Source: Epiperipatus broadwayi
Lineage: Eukaryota; Animalia; Onychophora
NCBI GenBank assembly: GCA_028023455.1
Contig: JAQFVV010000002.1
Coordinates: forward strand, 9,734,001-9,798,000
Direction of reading: 5' to 3'
Length of the DNA: 64,000 bases
Shown piece after piece: positions 51,728 through 61,928 of the stretch. Within the stretch, counting starts at the first letter, position 1. The number at the start of each line of letters is the position of its first letter. Under the pieces are notes generated by a model. The model worked only from the letters and a program-made list of their open reading frames with translations. It was not told where the DNA came from and ran no database searches. The position numbers were made by a program, and so were the translations under genes.

Positions 51728-51855
51728 CTTGCAACCCATACATCAATCAAAGGCCCATACTTTTCAAATTCTCTTTCCAATTCATATTTTCCTACTCTAC
51801 TACCTAAATCTCCAACAAATATTCTATAGCCACCATATGTGCGATCAATAGGCAT
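51728..51855 (-). CDS. Coding exon 1 of an SR-family splicing factor / RRM protein (SRSF3/SRSF7/Rbp1-like)
   Basis: Minus strand reads ATG...MPIDRTYGGYRIFVGDLGSRVGKYELEREFEKYGPLIDVWVA + AG, then the donor GTAAGC. It contains an RNP2-like IFVGDL and the VWVAR motif typical of the SRSF3/7 RRM. 128 nt, phase 2. Confidence 0.92.
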
Positions 51856-52010
51856 CTTTAGTTTTTACAAAATTTTACTTTGATAAATAAAATATACATA
51901 TGTAACGAACATTCAGACGAAACAAATGGCGCAGAAAAAGTCTCGCTATTTCTCGCTAACAATATCATATCAAAATTCATCGGAAATAGTATTTTTTACG
52001 TAGTAGTGTA
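51856..52010 (-). promoter_or_regulatory. Probable promoter / 5' UTR of the SR gene
   Basis: Immediately upstream of the ATG. Local CpG cluster (about 7 CpG in about 110 bp, in a CpG-poor background), a YY1/Pho-core-like AAATGGCG at 51924-51931, and a repeated TCTCGCTA. Function is inferred. Confidence 0.45.
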
Positions 52011-52899
52011 TAAAATATTAAAATGTTTCACTTTTAAATGCTTGACTTTTTCTTTCATAGTTACAATTTAAACAATATATGCTGTACTATAAATTACAAC
52101 CTTTTTAAAAAGTTTAAAAGAAAACTTCGACTTTCTTAGTATGGAACTTTCAAGCATTAAGTTGGAAGCCAATGGTAAAACGAGGAGAAATAAAGTGAAA
52201 GATCTTGAATGAAAAAAAAATCGGCTTAATGAATTGAATAAATTAGTTTGGTTTTATTTCCCTGTATGTTATAAAGACTTTACTGTTTGTTTTCCTGAGC
52301 ATTTGACGAATTATAATGTATTCAAAATTAATTGTAAAACTGGATCAAACTTTAATGATAAAAAATAATAAAGGCCTGATTATAATTAATGTTTTCTGAA
52401 AAGTAACAAAGTTTGCTTACATTAGCTAAAGAAAAGCTGAATTGCTGAAACAGAAAGATTATCCCGTCAATATGTTTGATTTTTTATTTAATTTTTTCCT
52501 TAATTTTTATCTTTTTTAGGAGGGGGTGGGATTACATAATAAATTTGATAATTCTTTATAAAGTTCCATTCATTTTATTTTATTAAAGATAGTTGTAAAT
52601 TAACTGCAAAAAAAATTAAAATTTTATCAGCCATTATCATTAACTATTTGCCAAAAGGAAGAAGGCCTTTTCACCCAAACAATCTATTACCAAATACTTC
52701 TTTTTCTTGTTCCATAATCAGTGAAGAGATTAAAAGTATAAGGAAAAGCAACTTCATTAGAATTCTGTTGTAACTTAGGATTATAGTTTCATTGGGTCAG
52801 AGAAAGTAAAAGAAAATTATTCCAATAACATTATATTTTTTCCTGGTTGAGCAGTTAAGACTTCCTATTTAGAAACCTTTGAAATTAAATCTATTTTAA

Positions 52900-55190
52900 G
52901 AATAAATGCACAGAATCTTACTACTATGAACACATCTGAAAATATAACAAATTTGCCATCAAAAATTAAAATATAAGATTCTTTGAAGCAAAGAGCTTGT
53001 ATTATGATGGATGCATCTCTAGGCATAGGGTATTATGTTTGGATATAAAAAATGAAATACATTTTGCAAGTAGCACTCCTTAAATAATTAATTTGGTAGT
53101 TAGTCTTAAAGCAACTTCAAGAAATATAGTGATTTTTCAGATATACATCAAAACTAATGATAATGAATAAATGGAAGTAATATATGAAGAAATTGAAAAG
53201 AGTTAAAAATAACTATGTTACTCAGAGATTGAAATATTATGGTGGAAAAATGATGAAGGTGAAAGATTCTGTATATTTCTACCAAATAAATAGCATACTG
53301 CAATAATAAACACATGGCTCATAAATTAAAAATATATATATATGTAGAAAGATCTAAGTAATAATTATAGATTTTAATTAATCTCTGAATACAGAATAGC
53401 TTTAGAACAGTTTTAAGAGTGCTTAGGCTTAATCTGGAGTTGTTACAAATTCAATAACAATTTTTTTCTATTCTACATTATTTATTATAAGTTCAAATAA
53501 ATTGACCATTAGATGGTGATACAATTTAGTTCCCATTGTTAAACTACTTTTTTGACTTTACCTTTAGCAATGAGGATTTGAGGTTCAAAGTAGAAATCTG
53601 CAGTTGTGCACCAGTAGCCACTTTTAATTTCTTTATTACAATCAAGCTAATAATCTGAAATTAAAAAAAAAAATTGAGATTTTGAACTTGAATCAATCTG
53701 CTTGAGCAGTTATATAGATATGATACCCAATTCAGTAGCTATATATTTTAATAACATCAATTGCATTCTAACTATAGTCACCTTATTTAATTGAATGAGA
53801 ATGTTAATACAAGCATTATATCACTTGGTTATTTCACTTTACTACAGTATTATAAACCAGAGCGCTGTCTGTTAACAATTGATAATTTGATAGTATAAAG
53901 AAAGAAGACCTGCTCTTGCTTATATTTCTATAGTAAGGTAAAAGTGTCAAGTGATGTTCTGTTGACATAAATCCAAATCATTAATTAAAGATAGTGAAAT
54001 TGAGATTTATCTTTTAAAAGAATAAGGAAAAAAAAAAAAGAAATATATGATAGTTGATAATGTGAAAATAAATATTGGAAAAATAAAACAAAAGATTTGT
54101 TGGAAAAAAGAAAACAAATGTTAATAGTATTAGAATGACTAATACATTCAAATAAAAGGAATTATTTAAGGAAAACTTAAAATACTGTTTGCTAAAAAAT
54201 GATAGGCTATGAAAGACGAGAATATTGGATCATCAAGTTTGACCATATTCAGAAAAATAATTATCAAACTGCACTTGACACAATTAGATTACATGATAAT
54301 AAACTAAAAAAAATTAACTCTGGGAAGAGTGCTTGTCAAGGTCATTCCATATCTTCAAAACTTTTTATAGCATTTTTACAAGAGATATTTGATGGAATAT
54401 AATGGGAAATTAAGGTAATTAAACTAACTGCACATTATTTAAGTCATCTATATTTTGCAGGTGATGTTTTTGAAAATATGCTTCAGAGTTTTTGAAGGGT
54501 TACATGAATAATCAGATGAAAGTAGGACAAAGATAAATTTTAAAAAGACTAATGTTCAATGGATTTTCTTATAAGAAAAAATATAGAGAGATAATGATCA
54601 ATTATAAGTTAACAACTACAAATACTTTGGTCAGATTATTAATTCAGATGAAAACATGATGGATGATATTAATCATAGAATTAAACTTGAATGGTGTGAT
54701 TTTGGTATAAATAACTTAATATTAAAAGAAAATACAGCCATATGTTTGAAAAGGGTTTTAATAGATATGCTTTATAAATTCTTACTTATAGATCTAAGTT
54801 TCAATACTTAACAGAAGACCAATATAGAGACTTCAGACCACTGAATGAAGTATGGATGGGTATATTTTAGAAATAATGAGATTGAAATCAAATTTATGGA
54901 TTAGAGGATAAACAGGGATTGAAATTATTAAAAAGGCTGAAATGGATTTGGACTGTACACATTGTTAGAAGAGAAGGTAATAGTTAGCTCAAGTTATAAA
55001 TTAGATCTCAAGAGATTATAAAAAACATAGAAAGAGATCACATAATATTGATGGATAAAATAAGAAAGTTTGCTGGTGCATTGTAGAAAAAAAGGTTATA
55101 GATCAGAGAAATTGAACAAAACTTAGATTTTCATCTTTCAGTGAATTGATGGTAAATAAAAATGGTGATGATAATTTTTATACCCTTAGT
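52900..55190 (+). mobile_element. Decayed RTE LINE pieces (APE-like at about 52900-53400; RT and 3' end at about 54150-55190)
   Basis: IFQIYIKTND...IYEEIE, then QGHSISSKLFIAFLQEIF and SHLYFAGDV. Homologous to 26120-27030 in the opposite orientation. The interval 53400-54100 is unassigned. Confidence 0.62.
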
Positions 55191-55419
55191 TATCTATTTT
55201 AAGATACAAAATACTTATTGTAAAACTGCAGTAAAATGTTTTGGAAATATGAAATTATTCTATCAAATGCTCTTCTCAATGTTACTCTTTTCAGTGTAAC
55301 TATACAATCTAATCATTGCTGCTGCATTTTAATAAAAATATTCTTCACAATATAATAATATCCTGTATATCTATATCTTGATAGTCTAAAGCTTCAATTA
55401 TCATGGTTATGCTTATAAA

Positions 55420-55631
55420 ATCAAATTACTTTTTCATAATATAAAATTCCAAAGCATAATGGCAACTCATATTCATTGGTTCTTTTTATAACTTCTCTCA
55501 ATACTTGGATATGATACACTGTGTTAAAATCATTTTTAAAACCATTTTGTTCTTGCAGATGGTTTTAATTCAAAATTTCACTGTAGATGAATTGTAATTA
55601 TTTTGGTAAATATTTATATAAAACTGGTAGT
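55420..55631 (-). mobile_element. RTE LINE fragment, the continuation of 58697-60060 across the PLE insertion
   Basis: Homologous to 39630-39810. Joining 55631 to 58697 restores TFLLPVLYK (cf. RPISLLPVLYK). Confidence 0.7.
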
Positions 55632-57070
55632 TTTCTATGTGATAATATGTTGGACTATTTCCATCATCTATCATTAAAAGATGAATGTATAGAATTTTAA
55701 ACTTTTCAAATATAAACAACTTATTAGTAATAACACACAAATACACAGCACAGGTTAGTAATTACACAATATTTTAAGTAGTAGTATTCTCCACTTTTCT
55801 TAAAGTGCCACTGGCCTGACCAGTGGCAATATTAGCATCAAAACTTAGACCTTTAGATTCGTGAATATTGAATTTTAGGCAACACTCTAACCAACTGAAC
55901 TATTCTGTCAAAGGCAACAGATAGTAGATATTTCATATATTTATCTATGAGAGTTGGTTCAAATCCTCCTGATTCCTTCAAAGTTTTTTAAATACTTTAT
56001 TCTAAGAGCAAAGCTAATTAGAAGCTTCCATACATTATGTATTGCCACACTGGATTGACTTATAGGATTATTTGCCATTATTATATGAGTACTTCCTTAA
56101 ATTTTCTTCTTTGCACCTTTTCCCCTCTATTCAATACTTTTGTATTTTTGCAATTTAACATATTGTCATTATTATATACATGATTTATTACTGCAGACAC
56201 ATCTGTTTTTTCTATTTTAATCATTACTTTATGTTCATATAATCGCTGTTCAATAGTGTGACAGATCTCAACAAATATAATTGTGTCCACAATCACATGG
56301 TATTTCATATATGCAATTTTTATTTTTCAACATTTTCACTTTAGGCTTTGTAGAAGTTAGAATTCCTCAAAGTGTGGTAGGGCTTTGGAGAGCTGTTCTA
56401 ATGTGATATTGACTGCACATTTTCTCTAATTTGTCTGCCATTTCTGTGTATGTATATAATTTATCCAAACCATATTTATGCCATTTCTGTGTATGTATAT
56501 AATTTATCCAAACCACTTTTAACACTTTAGCAAAAGCCTTTTATTGTACATATATACATACAACTTAAGTTTTGACTGTCCTGTAAATATATACAATAAA
56601 AGGCTTTGCTAAAAAGTGTTTTGGATAAATTGCATTTATAAAAGATTTGCTCATATAAAAGAATTTGAGTTGTAGGAATAAGAGATTCCTTTTATTCCTG
56701 CATAAATACTGCATCTTGTATTGTGGAGTGAAGTATTCATTTATTATTTAACACTCGCAGAAGACGCATGCACAATTAGCTTGAAAGGCTGATCTTTGAA
56801 TGTATAAAAGATATTATAGCAAAATAAAGAAAAGGGTAATTTTGGCAAAATTTCTATAGATACACTACAGTACCAATAATTGTTTTTTTCTTTTGGTATC
56901 TTTTTCTGTTATCTATTAAAGGTTTTCTTGATGACAGCTGATGAAGAACCATTTTTCATGAGTGTTTGTTTTATGTAAATCTTTTTTAATTTCCAAATCA
57001 CTGGTTTTCGAACAAAATTTCTTTGCTCTGTTCCATAGTGATAGTATAATTTCATATTTAGTGCTTCTGG
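55632..57070 (-). mobile_element. Inverted 5'-truncated PLE arm (thumb, GIY-YIG, tRNA-like module, HHR tail)
   Basis: ORF 56081-56308 (IEQRLYEH...SAVINHV...RRKFKE). The reverse complement is homologous to 57650-58690. A-box TAGTTCAGTTGG on the minus strand at about 55891-55902. Confidence 0.82.
56430..56830. mobile_element. Small secondary insertion of a different PLE tail with a short inverted repeat and a degenerate HHR
   Basis: Inverted pair 56504-56555 / 56588-56630, a tandem 36-bp duplication at 56438/56480, and CAGAAGA-CGCATGCACAATTAGCTT-GAAA at 56758-56786. Confidence 0.45.
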
Positions 57071-57075
57071 TATGA

Positions 57076-58696
57076 TTGAATGTATATGTCAAAAACTTAG
57101 CAGTGTGTATTGGTTTCCTAAATGTAAACTGTGATGAAGCATTGTCTATTGCAAAGAAAAGGTTATGTGATAATAATAGTCTACAAACCAGAACAACTCT
57201 ACCTATTGATAATATAATGGAACTATTAACCTACTGCATAACAACAATGTACTTTCAATGTAAGTCAGAATTTTTCCAAAATCAAGGGATGACCATGAGA
57301 TCACTACTGTCATCCTTGCTTAGCAACATTTACATGGAAAAACTTGAAACCACAGCCATAAATACTACTCCACTTCTGCCTAAAGAGAGGCTTCACTATT
57401 TTGATACATTTGTGATATGGCCACATACTCCACTTCTGCCTAAAGAGAGGCCTCACTATTTTGATACATTTGTGATATGGCCACATGAAGCAAAATTGCA
57501 GCCATTCTGGATGTATATCAACAACATATCTCTAATTAAATTCACAATGGAATCATAATGAGAACAAAAATTTGCAATCTTAGATGTTCCTGTGACAATT
57601 CTCTCTCAGGGCAAAGTAAAAACAATAGTTTATAGGAAACCAAAATACACTTGTACCTGGCATATATATCCAATTATATCTCTATGGAACAGAGCAAAGA
57701 ATGTTTGTTCAAAAATCAGTGATTTGGAAAATGAAAAAAAAATTTACATAGAACAAACTTAAATGAAGAATAGTTATTCATTAGTTGTCATCAAGAAAAC
57801 TTTCAATAGACAACAAAAAGAGATACTAAAAGAAAAAGCAATTCCTGGTACTGTAGTTATCTATATATAGCAGGAAAGGCAAATAAATTAAAGAAAATCT
57901 TCAGTCAATATAACATTAGAGCAGCTTTCCAAAGTTATACCACACTTAAAGAAATTCTAACTTCTACAAAGCCTAAACTGGAAATATTGAAAAATAATAA
58001 CTGCAACTATGAAATCTCATGTGAATGTGGAAAGAAATATATTGGTGAGACCTATCACTTTTTTGAACAGTGATTGAAAGAACTCAAACTAATGGTTAAA
58101 AGAGAAAAACCATATGTCTACAATAGCAGGTCATGTATCTACTAATGACCATATGTTCAATTGAGAAAATAAAATATTGTATAGAGAGGAAAAGATGCAA
58201 AGCAGAAAATTCAAGGAAGCTGCTCATATGACAAAAACAAATAATCCCATAAGTCAATGCAATGTGGCATACATAATGTATGGAAGCTGCTAATTAACCT
58301 CACTCTTAGAAAAAACTATTAAAGAAATTATGAAGGTCTTAGGAGAATTTGAACCAATCTTCATAGATAAGTACATGAAATTTCTACTTTCAGATGCTGT
58401 TGACAGAATAGACCAGTTGGTTAGAGTGTGTTGCCTTAAAATTCAAGAATCTAAATGTGTAAGCTTGACCTCTTGCTAACATTGTCACTGATCAGGTTGG
58501 CATCACCTGAAGAAAAAAAAAATATTATTATTTGAAATGTGTAATTACTCATTTATGTTGTCTTTTTGTGTGTTATTATCAACAAGATGTTTGTATTTGA
58601 AAAGTTTAAATAAAGTTTAAAATTTTTTATACATTCAACATTTAATGATAGATACTAAATATATTATCACATTTAATATACCATTTACAAACCTTC
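57076..58696 (+). mobile_element. Penelope-like element (RT domains, GIY-YIG, tRNA-like + HHR tail)
   Basis: ORF 57076-57558 (LNVNCDEAL, QGMTMRSLLSSLLSNIYME, IKFTME) and GIY-YIG YEISCECGKKYIGET...IAGH...RKFKEA at about 58010-58290. The tail has TGACAGAA-TAGACCAGTTGGTTAGAG at 58401-58426 and CTGAAGA at 58507-58513. Confidence 0.88.
57364..57484 (+). repeat. In-frame 60-bp tandem duplication over the degenerate RT catalytic motif
   Basis: TPLLPKER(L/P)HYFDTFVIWPH occurs twice; the units differ at one base. Confidence 0.92.
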
Positions 58697-60060
58697 TGGC
58701 AAAAATGTTAGGTTTGTAGTTTCTAATATCTTTATCACCTTCTTAAATATCTGTATTACTATTGCATTTTTCCAGTTATTGGGAAATATTTATTATTTAG
58801 ATATTTGGTATACAGTTTGCCAACAATTTTTCTACTTCTTTAGCTGTTTCTTTTAAGATAATAATTTCATCATTTTGTGAAGCTTTTCTTTTCTTGATAT
58901 ATTTAATTAGCTCTTCATTTAACATATTTGGCAATTTAGATATTTTAACTGTAGATGTGATTTTGTTTTCTTGTTGTTTATTATTATATAATTCTTGTAA
59001 ACCTTTCACATTTTATTTAATAATTATTTTTATTTTTAATAATAATTTCATCTTTTCTTTATGGCTGAAATAAGTTTTTTTTTCAATGTTAAGATATTGT
59101 ATTATATCTTTGAAACTTTTATTTCTTTTAAAACTTTCCTTGCCCATTCTCAATTATATTGTCTTATATCATTATCAACTTTTTTCATACCATTTTATAG
59201 AACTCCAGATATTCAATTCTTTTCAATAGTTCATTTTTACATATTTTTACTTTTTTTTTTCCATACATTCTTTTGTCTCAATTGAAAATTTACTGGGCAC
59301 TGGCTGCTTTTTGGCAACAGTTATTTTTGATGTTATTTTTAATAGAATATCAACTATCTTTTTATTTATTCTAGTCAATGTGTATCTTACATCTCATTAA
59401 TCAATAACCATTTCCTAACGATCCTTTACTGTATTAAATCGACTAAGAACACCACAATCCTGAAATATATTTTTTTGTTAGTTGAAATATATTCCAATTA
59501 TTTTCTACTTTTATTTGTATATTTCTATTTAGCATTCTTCTCAAATAAAGCATTCATAATATACAATTTTTATTTTTTTACAAATTCCCCAAGCCGGTTT
59601 CCTCTCTCATGTCTGTCGCCATAGCAATATTTATCCATAGCACTTTTATCTTTCATTCATTTTCCACTTCTAGCCTTAAGGTCTCCCATATTGTTTGATG
59701 AAATCAAAAGCATTTTTTATAAAATATATCTGCTTTTGGCAACTTTCTTTAAATTGAATATCTTGCCAATTTGTCTTATAATATCATAAATTCACACAAT
59801 GTTGGTCTTCCATTTTTTTTTAATTATAATAAATCTTATTCTACTTGTCCTTTGTGTTTTTATAGAAAAGTATGTGGTCATTCTTCAAGTCAATTGTCTT
59901 TTCATCTTTTTTCTAAATTCACAAAGTACAATGTCCCATTTAATATTAGATAGTTCCTCCATTTCATTTAATCTACCTACTGTTGAATCAGAACTTATAA
60001 ATAGTCAAATAAATGATCGTCATCAATTGGGAACCTCAGTTTGCAATCGGAATTCTAATC
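58697..60060 (-). mobile_element. RTE LINE 5' portion (endonuclease, linker, RT start)
   Basis: KKRKASQNDEIIILKE (cf. KA.G.D.I..E.LK) and a contiguous junction with the RTE piece at 55420-55631. Confidence 0.65.
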
Positions 60061-60649
60061 ACCCTTCAGTTTCAGTCACCAATTGCTGCCTTAACTAATA
60101 GTTTTACAACTACCTAGGAATAAGGGCCATAACTTAGTTTTCATTGTCATAATTGAAAATTTGTAATAAAAAAAAATCATTAACACATCACCCTTTTTTC
60201 AAGAAAATGCAAACTGATATTTTGGTTAAGAGCTATTAGACAATACTGAGAAGAAAGAGCACATTTTTCTTGGTTTTAAAATTAAAGATAAAAAAACCAA
60301 TAAACTCACAAATGTGGCTAAAGTGACTAGCCCATTCATGTTCTTTTACCAAATATATAATCACAATAAAAAGAGTGTAAGGAATGGGTGTTGGGAATTT
60401 ATTCAGCTCAGTTCATTCAAAGCCTCAACATGAGTCAAAGGATCTCCTTTCAACTAATAGCAAACTCATTTCTGCAGCCATGAAAGAAATAGCTTATATA
60501 ATGTATGACTTCAATAAATGGCCATTACATTTTTTTAGCCAAAAATGGCCTAATGCAACAAAATATTAAAATTTTAGAACAATTAGTTGAATCCAACATG
60601 CAACTAAGATATTAATTATGACTTCAATAGCATACTTTAAATAAATTTT

Positions 60650-61470
60650 AAATATTTATAACTTATGAGTAATTTGAATTTAGAAAAAATAAAGATGCAA
60701 TTTGATATTGAGAATTATTATTAAGAGTTGCATGGAAAGACAAGAAAAAATAATAAATTTGTTTCATTGATTTTGAAACAGGACTTACAATGATATAAAA
60801 AAATTGGACTACTTTGGTCATCCAAAAGAAGACATAAGAAAATTGATTATGTATCATAAAAATATTTGTTAGATTTAATAATCTTATATGTATTCTGTTT
60901 TATTTAATATCTACTTAGATTATATATGACAGAAATATTATTTTGATAATAATGATATTTATAATAGAGTTAGAAAGTTTTATGGTATTAGATTTGCTGA
61001 TAATATTGCAATAACTGCCAACAGATAATGTAAGATTAATAAAAATGTTATGTAGAATTAATAGAACTTAAAAAAAGTTTAAGATAAAACAAAATTATTA
61101 AAATAGAGAATGAAATGTAAACATTTAGGTTAAGCATTGCATGGTCATTACAAAGCAGATTAATATTTTTAAATGTTTGGATAATTGTATAACTGCTAAT
61201 GGAGATGATAATTAAAAAAATTAGAATGAGAATTTCAAAGTTAACCAAAATTTGTAATAAGGGTAGGAGATTATTTTGTAGTTGTTGGAGATTACATTTA
61301 AGAAGTAGGCTTATTAAATGTGTGGCTTTAGATATTTTATTAATACAGAGTGGAACTTGGTCAATTGGGTAAAATGTTGGAGATTTTAGAAATGTGTATT
61401 TGGAGAATATGAAATGATAAGTTGGAAAAATAATATTAGCAATATAAAAAAAAGTACTTATTGTAAAAAT
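60650..61470 (+). mobile_element. Decayed RTE-type LINE fragment
   Basis: IRFADNIAI, FKCLDNCITANG...IRMRI and LEMCIWR...ISWK. Confidence 0.6.
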
Positions 61471-61496
61471 TATTATAAGCTAAACTAGGATGTATT

Positions 61497-61928
61497 CCTG
61501 AAGGTTTGTGATAATAATGTTCTAGTTGTATTTTTATATTGGACTATTTCCATCATCTAATATGCATACTAAATTTCTTTAGAAAAATTTAACTTTATTT
61601 AAATATTCCAAATACATTCAACTATTAATAATAGTACTTCAAATAGATTAGTATATGCACAATATTGGTTAGAGCGTTCTCTTAAAAGTTCAATAAACAA
61701 GAATCTAAGGATCTAGGTTCGAATCCCATGCTAGTACTGTCACTGGTCAGGCCAGCAACACCTGAAGAAGAGGAGAGGATAATACCTCTCAAAATGTTAT
61801 GCATATACTAACCTGTTTGATATGCTATTACTAACAGTTGAATGTAATTGGAATATTTAAATAAAGTTATTTTTTTGTAAAGACATTCAAAATGCATATT
61901 AGATGATGGAAATAGTTCAATATAAAAC
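61497..61928. mobile_element. Second foldback retroposon of the tRNA-like + HHR tail, with perfect 17-bp TSD
   Basis: CTAAACTAGGATGTATT at 61480-61496 and 61929-61945. Inverted arms at about 61530-61663 and 61795-61925. The spacer has TTGGTTAGAGCG (61665-61676), GGTTCGAATCC (61716-61726) and CTGAAGA...GAGAGG-ATAATA-CCTCTC. Confidence 0.92.

Noticed and set aside
58401-58487. A functional tRNA gene (also 37141-37210 and 61665-61742)
   Set aside because: The T-stem pairs poorly, there are extra bases before the 3' acceptor strand, and it is always embedded in a PLE tail; treated as tRNA-derived.
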